This document shows, in pieces, positions 9,707-18,885 of a DNA stretch of 64,000 bases. Both the position numbers and the translations under genes were made by a program. Numbering within the stretch: position 1 is the stretch's first letter; the number at the start of each line of letters is the position of its first letter. The DNA is taken from positions 1-64,000 of IMG/VR virus record IMGVR_UViG_3300020193_000004; one strand, written 5' to 3'. This stretch comes from a virus. Below the pieces are notes generated by a model, which saw only the letters and a program-made list of their open reading frames with translations, had not been told where the DNA came from and searched no databases.

Positions 9707-10236
9707 GAGACTCCCGGATCGAGCCGGCACAGGATCGCCGCCTCGATGTCGCGGATGAGCACCCCTTCCTTGGAGCCGACGACGAACACTCCGGACTCGT
9801 GAGCATCCGGGTCCTCGTGGAGGGGGACCTGCCAGATGTCCTCGATGCGTAGGTCGCGACCCAGCCACGCGCGCACGACGTCCTTGGACTCGCAGACGAA
9901 CATGGTGAGCTTCAACCCGCGGGAGGTGAGGGACTGTACTGCGCGGCTGATCGCCTCGAGCGGGGCTCCGATCGGCTCCTGGATCTCGAGGTCGGCGTGC
10001 TGGCGGATCATCTGGAACGGGGTCAGGAAGTCGGGCAGACCCTCCCCGCCCTCTGCGAGGGTGTCTGCGGGCACGAGGCGCTCGACCGTGAACGTGGGCC
10101 TGCCACGCACGTAGACAAGACGCTCGACCTTGTGCGGACCGAGGAAGGCTTCGCGGAATGCCTCGAAGAGGACGCCCACGTTGTTACGCGGGATCGCCCT
10201 CTCTTCCGTCGTTGGAACCAGTGCTTGTCGCTGCAT
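9703..10236 (-). CDS. hypothetical protein
   Basis: GGGAG RBS, coupled operon. Confidence 0.65.
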   Translation of the reverse strand: MQRQALVPTTEERAIPRNNVGVLFEAFREAFLGPHKVERLVYVRGRPTFTVERLVPADTLAEGGEGLPDFLTPFQMIRQHADLEIQEPIGAPLEAISRAVQSLTSRGLKLTMFVCESKDVVRAWLGRDLRIEDIWQVPLHEDPDAHESGVFVVGSKEGVLIRDIEAAILCRLDPGVS

Positions 10237-10405
10237 CAGTACTCCCGCTCCAAGGCTTGCCCGTCTTCTCCGCGTACCGGCTCTCTACCTGCTGGTGGAC
10301 GACCCGGCTCATCCCGCCCTCGGCTTCCGCATCCTGCTTGAACCAGTTCTTGAGGTCCGGGTCCATGCGGAGCTGCAGGCGCTCCTCCTTCTTCGGCTTC
10401 GGCAT
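10184..10405 (-). CDS. ribbon-helix-helix (CopG/Arc-like) DNA-binding protein
   Basis: ERLQLRMDPDLKNWF...GMSRVVHQ strand-helix-helix pattern; GGAGGT RBS. Confidence 0.55.
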   Translation of the reverse strand: MPKPKKEERLQLRMDPDLKNWFKQDAEAEGGMSRVVHQQVESRYAEKTGKPWSGSTDAATSTGSNDGREGDPA

Positions 10406-10418
10406 GGTCGAGGACCTC

Positions 10419-10787
10419 CTACTCGAGGACGAACTCGTCGTAGAAGCCCAGGGTCCCCGAGCCGGTCACGACGGCAAATGCGTCCTTGTTGTTCATGAGG
10501 AAGACCCGGTCGTTGCGGTCAGCTCCGACCAGGTCACCGATCGCGTGGGCGTACTTGATGAAGTCGCGGATCAGGATCTTGTCCCCGGGCCCGAACCCAG
10601 GGTCGACCTCCTGTCCGTCGTCGCGAAGCGCCGGGGTGACGCGGATCACCTCGGCGACCGCCTCCGTGGTCTTGCCCGTCTCGAGGTCGCGAGCCAGGAC
10701 GAGCCCGCCCTTCGACTGCGAGATGGGCTTGAGGGTGCGACAGAGCGCCCAGCCCGTCCGAGGCCGGATCTTGTTCACGTCGTACAC
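10419..10787 (-). CDS. groES: GroES-like co-chaperonin
   Basis: IRPRTGWAL, SKGGLVL mobile loop, AEVIRV, GDKILI, MNNKDAFAVV match the Cpn10 pattern. Confidence 0.8.
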   Translation of the reverse strand: MYDVNKIRPRTGWALCRTLKPISQSKGGLVLARDLETGKTTEAVAEVIRVTPALRDDGQEVDPGFGPGDKILIRDFIKYAHAIGDLVGADRNDRVFLMNNKDAFAVVTGSGTLGFYDEFVLE

Positions 10788-10788
10788 G

Positions 10789-11142
10789 TCAGCCTCCGGA
10801 CTGCCGAATGGCGCCCTCGTCCTCGCCGAGGGACTCCCCTTCAGGGACGTGGAGCGTCGGGGCGGTGTCGGAGGGCACGGCGAACAACGTGGCCTGCCCG
10901 ACGCGCTCGCCCTTCCAGTTCATCCGGACGACCTCCGCGGGGAGCTGCGCGAGCTGCTCCTTGAGCCACTTCGGCGCGGCGTTGGTACGGTCGCGGTCGA
11001 AGAGGGCGAGGATGTCGTTGGCCCAGAACACGTCCGTACCGCAGGCGTAGATGACGATGGCGCGCTTCCGCGACTTCGCGTCGTACACGATCGCCTGGAA
11101 CAGGGCTCCCTCAGCGAGGGCCACGATCTTGCTCTTCGACAT
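10789..11142 (-). CDS. hypothetical protein
   Basis: Codon bias, operon packing. Confidence 0.6.
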   Translation of the reverse strand: MSKSKIVALAEGALFQAIVYDAKSRKRAIVIYACGTDVFWANDILALFDRDRTNAAPKWLKEQLAQLPAEVVRMNWKGERVGQATLFAVPSDTAPTLHVPEGESLGEDEGAIRQSGG

Positions 11143-11461
11143 CTTCTTGAACTCCTTCGTTCGTATCGGGGGTGGTGGGCTTCTTCTCGACGATGGGCTC
11201 GTTCAGGACAGAGATGCCCGGAACGACGGGGGTGGATGGCGGGGCACAGCCGCAGCGGCGGACGTACTCCTCTCGTCGGAAGTCGGTGTGAATGGTGATC
11301 TGCTGCCTGCACAGCGGGCAGAGGTCTCCCTGGTACGTGACCATGCCGGTCCCTGCTTGCAGCAGCGCGTGCAGCACGGGGTCCTGCGCGGCGGCATGGT
11401 GCAGCAGCAGGTCGAGCTTCTGCTCGATCCGCAGCAGCGCGAGGGAGGCTTCAGGGCTCAC
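11111..11461 (-). CDS. zinc-ribbon hypothetical protein
   Basis: CPLC...CGC; GTGA coupling. Confidence 0.55.
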   Translation of the reverse strand: MSPEASLALLRIEQKLDLLLHHAAAQDPVLHALLQAGTGMVTYQGDLCPLCRQQITIHTDFRREEYVRRCGCAPPSTPVVPGISVLNEPIVEKKPTTPDTNEGVQEDVEEQDRGPR

Positions 11462-11802
11462 AGGTCACGGTCCTCGTCGGTGGATGCGAACAGCTGGGGG
11501 CCTCCCAGGGGGCGGCGCAGTTGCACCGGGGGCAGCGGACTGTCCTCCCCCTCCGGCTCCCGCGCAAGCGCCACGACCCGCGCGGAGGGCGGAGGGTCCG
11601 CGGGCGGGGCCGCGGGCGGGGCCTCCTCCTCCTCCTGGGATGCCGTGAAGCTGAGGATCTCTCCCAGCTGCTCCTCCGTCAGCGCAAGGTCGAAGAAGGC
11701 CCCATTGCTGCGCGCGAACCTGGCGAAGTACATCGACGGCTCGGGACCGAACGACTTGTATTCGCCGGCGCCGATCATGACGATCTGGAAGGTGGTGTTC
11801 AT
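11458..11802 (-). CDS. hypothetical protein
   Basis: GAGGA RBS, ATGA coupling. Confidence 0.6.
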   Translation of the reverse strand: MNTTFQIVMIGAGEYKSFGPEPSMYFARFARSNGAFFDLALTEEQLGEILSFTASQEEEEAPPAAPPADPPPSARVVALAREPEGEDSPLPPVQLRRPLGGPQLFASTDEDRDL

Positions 11803-12245
11803 CGAGTGGTCCTCTGTGTGCGAGCTCGCTGCGGGCGGCCAGCCTCGGTTGGCTGGAACTGGTCCTTCAGCATCCCGGCATCCCGCAGGCTGTCTGCGGA
11901 GACGGCTGGGAGTTTGGTCTTTCGGCTGATGCTGCCGATGGGGGTGAATCGAATCTCCTTGATCTCCTTGAGCTTCTCGAGCTGAGCGGCCAGGCGCTGC
12001 TTGGTGTCCTCGGTCTCCACACGCTTGGTGGCGTTGACGAAGTCCTTGAACGCGGCCTCGGCGCTGTCGCCTCCCAGGGACGCCTGTGCCTGCGCACGGG
12101 CTCCGAGGACCGCCAGGTGTGCTCGCTCGCGTTGGACGACCAGGCACATGAGCTCGAGGAGTGACCCGAGGGGCGGGAGCTTGGGCAGGTGATCATAGAT
12201 CAGCTGAGCTCTCGCCCATCCCAACGGGGTCTTCAGCCATTTCCC
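11799..12245 (-). CDS. tail assembly chaperone, -1 frameshift extension (gpT-like)
   Basis: Open -1 frame GKWLKTPLGWARAQ... starting at slippery site GGGAAAT; no clear RBS of its own. Confidence 0.65.
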   Translation of the reverse strand, partial: GKWLKTPLGWARAQLIYDHLPKLPPLGSLLELMCLVVQRERAHLAVLGARAQAQASLGGDSAEAAFKDFVNATKRVETEDTKQRLAAQLEKLKEIKEIRFTPIGSISRKTKLPAVSADSLRDAGMLKDQFQPTEAGRPQRARTQRTTR

Positions 12246-13144
12246 AGGACGGCCACCTCCAGGGTGCGCTGGACACGGTCGATGAACCAGCTAAGGTTGT
12301 CGATGGCCAGGCTGAAGACGAGGGAGGGCATCTGCCGCACCTTGCTGAGGCGAGCCTCGATCGCCTTCTCGTCCACTGCTCCGCCGGAGAGGTAGAGCCC
12401 GGGCCACTTCTGGCCACCGTAGGACTCGATGTGCACGGCGAGCGCGTACTCGTTCTGCCGGCGCACGTACTCGCGTCCGGACATCTTGACGTCCACGCTC
12501 CCCTCACCGTCGCGCGCCTTGTGGGTGCGCGCGGCCTCGTCCGCGAGGAGACGGTCGATCATCGCCTCGACGGACTCCTGCACCGTCTGGTACGCGATGA
12601 CCAGCCCCTTCGAGCCCTCCGAGGGAGCCACGACGGGTACGGCCTGGCTGAGGACCCCGTTCATGAGGAACTGCCCGATGTCCAGCGGACCTACGCGCTT
12701 CTCGATGCGCCGGCGCACGTCGCTGTTGTCCGGGTAGACGAGCGAGTAGACGGCGGCGGCGACGTCCGCGGTGGTGCCGAACATCTCGACGATGTCTTCC
12801 CGCGTCAGCTGCACGGGGCCGGTTGCCTGGGCAGCCGTCTCGGCCTCCTCTTCCTCGGGCGTCGTCTGCTTCGTGTTGACGCGCGCCACCGCCTCGAGCC
12901 CGGCCATCGTCTCCTTCGACAGGACAGGCGGGGAGTCGTGGCCCGGGGCCGGACGCATCGTCTTGGCGCTGTTCACCTGCTCGAAGCTCGGCGTCCCCTC
13001 CATGGGGCCGGGACGCGCATCCGCACCAGCCCTGGAGCGGCTCTTGGCGCGCTCCAGGACGGCACGCCGGCGCGCGGCCTCCGGAGTGGCGGCCTGTTCT
13101 GCATCACCACGTTGAGGGGTGGCCGCCTTGGTGCGGTCAGTCAT
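12233..13144 (-). CDS. probable tail assembly chaperone (gpG-like)
   Basis: Ends CTG GGA AAT GGC TGA, with the slippery heptamer just before the stop. Confidence 0.65.
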   Translation of the reverse strand: MTDRTKAATPQRGDAEQAATPEAARRRAVLERAKSRSRAGADARPGPMEGTPSFEQVNSAKTMRPAPGHDSPPVLSKETMAGLEAVARVNTKQTTPEEEEAETAAQATGPVQLTREDIVEMFGTTADVAAAVYSLVYPDNSDVRRRIEKRVGPLDIGQFLMNGVLSQAVPVVAPSEGSKGLVIAYQTVQESVEAMIDRLLADEAARTHKARDGEGSVDVKMSGREYVRRQNEYALAVHIESYGGQKWPGLYLSGGAVDEKAIEARLSKVRQMPSLVFSLAIDNLSWFIDRVQRTLEVAVLGNG

Positions 13145-13598
13145 CGTCGTTGATCCTCCGGATCACTTCCGCCAGTCGGCGGTTCATGGGTTCGTTGGGG
13201 TCGATCGGGGGCCTGCCACCGCCACGGTCTGGTCCACCCTTGTAGGGGCCACCGAGCACGAGCGGGTTCGGCGGGGGCGGGGGCACGTCGACCAGCACCC
13301 GCGTGGATGCGATCGCGAACTCGTTACGGCACTTCCCATTGGTGCAGCGGCGCGTAATCGTCGTGACCCCGATGGCCGTGGGGCGTCGCTTCGTCGGAGC
13401 GCCGCAGAGGGGGCACTTCGTGACGTCGTGCACCACGGGACGGGTGCGCCCCTCGAGGGCCTCGAGGACGGCGTCTGCCGCAGTCCGGCGCTGGTCGATC
13501 GGGCTCGCCACTACGGACGGCGCAGACGCGTTTTCCGGCAGCGGCTGGGGATCCTCCTCTGCGTCCTGGATCGGGTACTGGTCGAGCGGCCAGCTCAT
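13137..13598 (-). CDS. zinc-ribbon protein
   Basis: CPLC...CTNGKC. Confidence 0.6.
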   Translation of the reverse strand: MSWPLDQYPIQDAEEDPQPLPENASAPSVVASPIDQRRTAADAVLEALEGRTRPVVHDVTKCPLCGAPTKRRPTAIGVTTITRRCTNGKCRNEFAIASTRVLVDVPPPPPNPLVLGGPYKGGPDRGGGRPPIDPNEPMNRRLAEVIRRINDDD

Positions 13599-13630
13599 GC
13601 GCGTCTTGTACTCACATGTGCGTACACCTG

Positions 13631-13804
13631 TCAACCCATCTTTCGTACGAGCGACAGCGTCGGCACCAGGAACGGCTTCCCACAGCCCTCGGCCACGCAC
13701 TTCCAGAGGGAGCCCTTGCGCTCGGCGGAGTAGCCGATTCTCCGGGTCTCCTTCTTCGCGCAGTACGGGCACGTCGCAGGGTTGAGGGGCTTGAGCTGGG
13801 GCAT
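13631..13804 (-). CDS. small zinc-ribbon protein
   Basis: CPYC...CVAEGC, 57 aa. Confidence 0.6.
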   Translation of the reverse strand: MPQLKPLNPATCPYCAKKETRRIGYSAERKGSLWKCVAEGCGKPFLVPTLSLVRKMG

Positions 13805-13806
13805 GT

Positions 13807-14034
13807 CTACGCCTTCCGCGCCGCCCAGGCGTTGCGCACGGTTACCGAGAACTCGCTGGTGCTGGTGTCCCACCCGCTGGTGTAGAGGCGCGCGGCGTCG
13901 ACGACCTTGGCCGCGTCACCCAGGTTCACCTCCGAGGGGCGGCTACGTGTCCCGAGTCGGGCCGCCCGCATGATGCGCCGGCGCGCGTTCAGGTTGACCG
14001 GGATGCCATCGTAGGTGGAGCTGGAGGTGGGCAT
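13807..14034 (-). CDS. hypothetical protein
   Basis: TGATG coupling, GAGGA RBS. Confidence 0.5.
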   Translation of the reverse strand: MPTSSSTYDGIPVNLNARRRIMRAARLGTRSRPSEVNLGDAAKVVDAARLYTSGWDTSTSEFSVTVRNAWAARKA

Positions 14035-14909
14035 CAGGAGGTCCTCTGGATGATCTCGGTCGACACGGTTCGGGGGTTGAACTGCACCGCGTCGAGGAGC
14101 GCGGCGTAGGCTTCGCGCCCCCTGTAGCCTACCGCGGCCTCTGCGTAGCTGCGGGGCGTGTACTTCGTGGCGTGCATGTACCACCCGCCGATCGGCATGT
14201 CGCGGAGGGCGCTCGCCACCGGGGTGCAGAGCACCCGGCCCGTGCAGACCGCAAGGATGGCCGCCTCATGGACGCCGCCGTAGTCCATCTGCTCGCAGGG
14301 GGCGACGAGCAGGCTCGCTCGGGTAGCCACGTCCAGCGCGGAGCGCGCGACGACCACCTCGGCGACCTGCTCGGTCGTAATGATGTCGAACTCCAGCCCT
14401 TCCTGGCGCCGCACCCTCTTCAGCTGCGCGATCACCTCGAGCGCGCCACGGCCCAGACTGAGCACGCCGATCGTGGTGTCCGGGGCCGCGTCGAGGGTCA
14501 CCGCTGGGAAGTAGGGCCCGTTGTGTCGCGAGATCAGGCCGATCCCAGCACTGCGGATGGCGCTGTCCATCTCCTTGCTGTAGACGAAGACCCGCTTCGT
14601 CCTGAAGGCCATGGGGGCGAGCTCGCTCCTCGCTGGGGGCTCGGTCTTGCCGACGGCGTCGAAGAGCAGACTCGCACGCGGGAAGGCGTTGGCGGCTTCC
14701 GGGACACCGGAGAGCCCGCGGACCAGGACGTTCTTCGCACCGACCACGGCGAGACGCTGGAGGGCGCTCTTGCGCCCCTGCTGCGGCATCCCCCGCAGGT
14801 CCAGAGACTGGAACCGGTCACGGTACTCAGCGCGGAGGGCTTCCCTCTGGAAGTCGAGGCACAGGTCGAGAACCTCGCCGCCTTCGTACACCAGTTCCAG
14901 CAGCTGCAT
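14034..14909 (-). CDS. hypothetical protein, possible degenerate GT-B glycosyltransferase fold
   Basis: C-terminal ASLLVAP...EAAILAVCTGRVLCTP loosely resembles the GT4 EA-x-x-x-G motif; the function call is weak. Confidence 0.45.
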   Translation of the reverse strand: MQLLELVYEGGEVLDLCLDFQREALRAEYRDRFQSLDLRGMPQQGRKSALQRLAVVGAKNVLVRGLSGVPEAANAFPRASLLFDAVGKTEPPARSELAPMAFRTKRVFVYSKEMDSAIRSAGIGLISRHNGPYFPAVTLDAAPDTTIGVLSLGRGALEVIAQLKRVRRQEGLEFDIITTEQVAEVVVARSALDVATRASLLVAPCEQMDYGGVHEAAILAVCTGRVLCTPVASALRDMPIGGWYMHATKYTPRSYAEAAVGYRGREAYAALLDAVQFNPRTVSTEIIQRTS

Positions 14910-15216
14910 CAGGCACCTTCTTGCGCGTCAGCGCGTTCAGTATCTTCGAGAGGAGCTCCGCGACTGCCCCGTCCGCGCGCGTGTCGGGAGCCTGCACCCC
15001 GGATGGGCGGGGGCGCACGCGGATGACGTCGCCGGCGCGAAGCACCCGGGACCCGTCGACTCGCGTCCACCCAACAGATGTTCGCCGCTCCAGCCCGCGC
15101 TGCGCGGCCACCTCGAACACACCGAGATCACGGAGTGCCGTCGCCAGCGAGCGGCCTGCCGGGACCTCTGCCTTACAGAGGCCTCCTCCTCGGAGCGGCG
15201 CGTGGATAGTCGGCAT
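14827..15216 (-). CDS. ubiquitin-like (ThiS/MoaD-type beta-grasp) domain protein
   Basis: EVPAGRSLATALRDLG...VDGSRVLRAGDVIRVRP. Confidence 0.55.
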   Translation of the reverse strand: MPTIHAPLRGGGLCKAEVPAGRSLATALRDLGVFEVAAQRGLERRTSVGWTRVDGSRVLRAGDVIRVRPRPSGVQAPDTRADGAVAELLSKILNALTRKKVPDAAAGTGVRRRRGSRPVPRLPEGSPPR

Positions 15217-15317
15217 GCCGGGAGTCGTACCCGGATGTGAGCACACGTGCAAGCATTTGTACTTACATTCGAAATCGGCTATAGGAGCCGTGGAACTGAA
15301 CCCAGGAGCCAGAACCA

Positions 15318-15634
15318 TGCCCGCGATCGGTATTCTCAGTCAGAAGACCTTCTTCCCCAGGACCGGCGACGTCCTGAACGACTCAGAGGACGGCGTGTCC
15401 TGGGAGTGCGTGCGCGCCGGCGTCTACACCGACACGAAGACCGGGAAGGCGATCCGGTTCGTCCTGCTGGTCGGCAGGGCGGCCGCGTTCGGCGACACCC
15501 CGATCCCGAAGACCCTTGAGGACAGCGAGATGCCCCTTCCGTTCCTCAAGAGCATTGATAACATCTTGCGCGAGCGCGGAGGCAAGCACGTCCGCTACCG
15601 CAGGAACGAGAAGGGGAACTACGAGGAGGACTAA
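15318..15634 (+). CDS. hypothetical protein
   Basis: AGGAG RBS, strong codon bias. Confidence 0.65.
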
Positions 15635-15766
15635 CAGTCCGGGTAGCTCCTCGGCATAGGGTAGTTGCAGGCACAGCATCGGTCCTGCAACTACCAAGAG
15701 TTCTCCATGCCACCCCAGCCCACGCCGTAGGCACGACGTTCCCACCAACCGGCGGGGGGCGTCACC

Positions 15767-15812
15767 TTAGCGGCCAAATCGGCGCTTGCTCGTGACATAA
15801 GTAGCCTGGAGG
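15767..15812 (+). promoter_or_regulatory. TTAG...AAA...CATAAG promoter-like module with RBS (representative copy)
   Basis: Same arrangement at 16343-16375, 17107-17139, 17571-17604 and 21349-21380. Confidence 0.65.
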
Positions 15813-15819
15813 TCAACAC

Positions 15820-15960
15820 ATGCGCACGTTCGTAGAGTTCCTGCTGTCCAGCGTTATCACGGCACTCCTTTTATTCTGGTTATTCACCGATGTGAACGAC
15901 GTCGATCGCGCCATCATCCAGGCCAAGGCGGACGTCGCGGCCTACTTCTTCGGACCCTGA
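15820..15960 (+). CDS. 46-aa membrane peptide (absent from ORF track)
   Basis: CATAAG + GGAGGT + ATG; MRTFVEFLLSSVITALLLFWLF... Confidence 0.6.
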   Translation: MRTFVEFLLSSVITALLLFWLFTDVNDVDRAIIQAKADVAAYFFGP

Positions 15961-15961
15961 C

Positions 15962-16315
15962 GTGTCCGGGTACGTGAACGGCAAGGCGGAGATGGTCGCC
16001 CTGCTGGAGGTGTTCCGCAGCTTGGTCCGCGCCGGGACCGTCCGCCCGAGCGCGGACGGTCCCGACGTCATCGCCCTCGGGCTGGACAACTCGGCCAGCC
16101 ACTTCATCGAGCTCCGGCGGACGAAGAGCGGGAGCCTCTGGGTGACGATGCTGGAGGCAGACAGCCGCATCGTCGAGGAGTGGGCGGGTCGCGAGCTCGA
16201 CCTGAAGCTCGTGGACGAGCTCTGGGCAGAGTGCCGGAGCCGCCTCTACACGAGCCGGTTCGAGGACGGCCTGGCAGGGCTGACGGACTGGCTCCGCCGG
16301 CACCAGGCGTCGTAG
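15962..16315 (+). CDS. hypothetical protein
   Basis: Codon bias; followed by hairpin+TTAG. Confidence 0.6.
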   Translation: MSGYVNGKAEMVALLEVFRSLVRAGTVRPSADGPDVIALGLDNSASHFIELRRTKSGSLWVTMLEADSRIVEEWAGRELDLKLVDELWAECRSRLYTSRFEDGLAGLTDWLRRHQAS

Positions 16316-16346
16316 GCAGCCTCCCTCACCGGGGCTGTCCCCTTAG
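16315..16346 (+). terminator. hairpin with CCTCACC loop plus CCTTAG
   Basis: Near-identical loop elements at about 17536-17574 and 36412-36444, each after a stop codon. Confidence 0.6.
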
Positions 16347-16421
16347 CCCGCAACTGTGCGCAAAAGCGGCATAAGGCCTCCGAGGCCCATCTCAACCATC
16401 GCCTCGAAGGATGTCCCAACC

Positions 16422-17030
16422 ATGTCCGATGCTCACACCACCCAGGTCAGTATCACCGCCCCTGCCGCCGAACACCTCGAGCCGCTGCTCACCGAGCTGT
16501 TCGCGGAGACCGACGGCGCCGTCTTCTTCGACGACGCCAACGCCCTGTTCACGAGGCTCTCCGCACTGCGCCACGACCGCGAAGTCGTGCTGCTGATCGT
16601 GGTCTACGGGGAGAGTCCCGTGTCCCAGTACCGGAATACCATGAAGAGCGAGCGCAACGGCGTCTACACCGCCTCGGAGCAGGTCAGCCGCCCGACCTGC
16701 CAGGAGTACCTCGCGAGCATCGGTTGCTCGGAGAAGCTCCCGCGCATCCAGAAGCTCAGCACCCAGACCAGCGTCGAGGAGGATGAGGAGGACGAGGACA
16801 ACATCCGGGTGACCCGGACCGGCAAGACCACGAGGTCCTCCTGGGCGTGGGACGGTCCGGTCGTCAACGGCGTCCAGCACCGCGTCGTCGTCAAGGCCGT
16901 CGACGGGGGCGTGACCTTCACGCTCACGCTGAACGCGCAGGAGGCGACGAAGACGCTCCTCGAGACGGCCCGGAAGTGGGCCGCGGAGCGCGGACGCGTG
17001 GCCCTCCGCGGGAGCCTCTCCCGGACGTAG
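16422..17030 (+). CDS. hypothetical protein
   Basis: Downstream of CATAAG 16370; strong codon bias. Confidence 0.65.
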   Translation: MSDAHTTQVSITAPAAEHLEPLLTELFAETDGAVFFDDANALFTRLSALRHDREVVLLIVVYGESPVSQYRNTMKSERNGVYTASEQVSRPTCQEYLASIGCSEKLPRIQKLSTQTSVEEDEEDEDNIRVTRTGKTTRSSWAWDGPVVNGVQHRVVVKAVDGGVTFTLTLNAQEATKTLLETARKWAAERGRVALRGSLSRT

Positions 17031-17184
17031 GCAACGGGGGAGCGCTCCGCGGCAAAGCGCTCCCCGCAGTCCTGGGAGAGCGCAATCGAGAGCGAGGGCG
17101 CGCCCTTTAGCCGAAAACCGCTGGTTTTCCGAGCATAAGAAACTTGCGCAGGACCTACACTTCCCCTGCGCCGAGGTAAATCTC

Positions 17185-17526
17185 ATGCTCCAGCTTTCCA
17201 TCACCGCCACGACCGCGACCATTGATGATGCAACCATCCAAAAGATGGTTGCCTCCCAGAAGGAGATCGAGCTGAAGAAGCTCGAACTCGTCGAGAAGGT
17301 CATAACGGGCCTGACCGCCATGGTGCAGGCGGTTCAAGAAGCCCGCAAAGAAGAGGCACGCACCTCGCAGGTGCAGGCCGAGGAGGCTAGATTCGGCGCG
17401 GAGACCCAGCTCCTGCAGGCGCGCGTCAGGCTGCTCGAGGTCGAGGCGCGCATAGAGGAGGCGCGCGCGGAGACCGCGAAGCGCATGGTGTGGGCCAGTG
17501 TAGGCCCGGCGGTCCAGGCGGTCTGA
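17185..17526 (+). CDS. coiled-coil hypothetical protein
   Basis: CATAAG 17134, GAGGT RBS. Confidence 0.65.
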   Translation: MLQLSITATTATIDDATIQKMVASQKEIELKKLELVEKVITGLTAMVQAVQEARKEEARTSQVQAEEARFGAETQLLQARVRLLEVEARIEEARAETAKRMVWASVGPAVQAV

Positions 17527-17649
17527 TGCCAGCGCGGCGGGGGCTCCCTCACCAGGGGCCCCCGCCCCCTTTAGCCGCAAAAACACCCCTTTCTTGGGCA
17601 TAAGGAGGGTAGCAGGAGACCTACTCCCCCTGCCTACAAGGAGAGTCCC

Positions 17650-17907
17650 ATGAGCATCACTGGTTCTTCCTACTTGCGAGTCCGCATCACCGACCTCGTC
17701 ACGGGCGACAGCAACGTTGTGGATGCGGTTGTCCTCGACGCCGGGGGATGGTTCGACCTTCCCAGTGGTCGCGGGTTCATCGGTGCGATCGCGTGCCGGG
17801 GCTTGTTGGACAAGGGCTACGCGATCGCCCACGAGGGCGACGCCAGCAAGCCCGACGGAACAGGCCGAGCGCGGCAGGCCTTCGTGCGACTCCAAGCGCA
17901 CGAGTGA
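17650..17907 (+). CDS. hypothetical protein
   Basis: CATAAG 17599, AAGGAG RBS. Confidence 0.6.
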   Translation: MSITGSSYLRVRITDLVTGDSNVVDAVVLDAGGWFDLPSGRGFIGAIACRGLLDKGYAIAHEGDASKPDGTGRARQAFVRLQAHE

Positions 17908-17944
17908 GCGGGGGTTCCGACTGGGTGCAGATGCGCCCTTTTAA

Positions 17945-18164
17945 GGCCATTCTTGAGATGGCCTAAAATATGGCCCGGGTATTACCACCACTGAGATGGC
18001 CGTTCTTGGAGCAAACCGAAACGCACCCTGGACCATTACCACCAGCCAGAAGTGCCACTCAGAGTGTCCATCTTGGCAGCGACTGAAATGGGGTCCGGAC
18101 CATTACCACCACTGAGATGGCCGTTCTTGACATCGACCTAAATGGGGTCCGGGGGATTACCACC
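17945..18164. repeat. four degenerate 54-67 bp direct repeats (iteron-like)
   Basis: ATTACCACC at 17981, 18035, 18102 and 18156; 28-bp exact pair at 17981-18008 and 18102-18129. Confidence 0.85.
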
Positions 18165-18284
18165 CCTGTGTCCCCTCTTTCAGCCCAGTGCGTACTACCT
18201 CTGGCCCTAAGCACCTACACGCTAACGCCTACGAAAGGGCCTTGTGCGTGCTTGTGTGAGAATCTGGGCATGTGCGTCATAAGC

Positions 18285-18360
18285 ACGATGTGAAGGCTGA
18301 GGGTTCGATTCCCTTCGCGCTGCGCTTCGGTGCAGTGCCCCGTGGGGCGCTTTCACTTAG
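18285..18360 (+). ncRNA. candidate small structured RNA with tRNA T-loop motif
   Basis: CATAAG 18278, GGTTCGATTCC, cUUCGg hairpin, terminal hairpin and TTAG. Confidence 0.4.
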
Positions 18361-18885
18361 TTCGCAAGATCGTGCATATATATATGGGCATAGGTTTTGC
18401 GAGAACTTGGCCTTGCCGTGGCGTGACGACGCAATCCGTTCGCGTAGAGGAAGCGCCCCTAACGGGCGTTCTCGCAGTAACCACGAGAATGGCGCGCAAA
18501 CACGCATTCTCAAGAACCCTCGTAGGACACATCTTCTTAGCATTGACCAAAATGATGCCGGACGATGGCTCACACAGAGGGAAAGAGCGCGATTTCATCA
18601 GCAGAACGCACTTTCTACGTGCTCCAGAGACCTAAGAAGGACCGTTTGAGCACTATTCCTGCGCTCAAGAAGGGCTATTTGCCTCCTATTCGTGCAAAAA
18701 CATGCCCACGAGGCACATTCTCGCACTCCGAGCCACTCGTAGATTTGCCCATTCTTGCCCCACACGCTCCACGTCCGCCCTGCTTGCTCGTTGTACCCGC
18801 CGAGGGTGTACGTATGGTGCGGGACCGCATGGTATTTGGGCGAAATGCGCTCACTCAAGTCATCATAAGGAGCTTGAGGTGAAGC

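Noticed and set aside
17945-18164. CRISPR array
   Set aside because: Only two exact 28-bp copies, the intervening sequences resemble each other, and there are no cas genes in the window
18285-18340. Canonical tRNA
   Set aside because: T-loop present but no D-arm, anticodon arm or acceptor/CCA; kept as a candidate ncRNA
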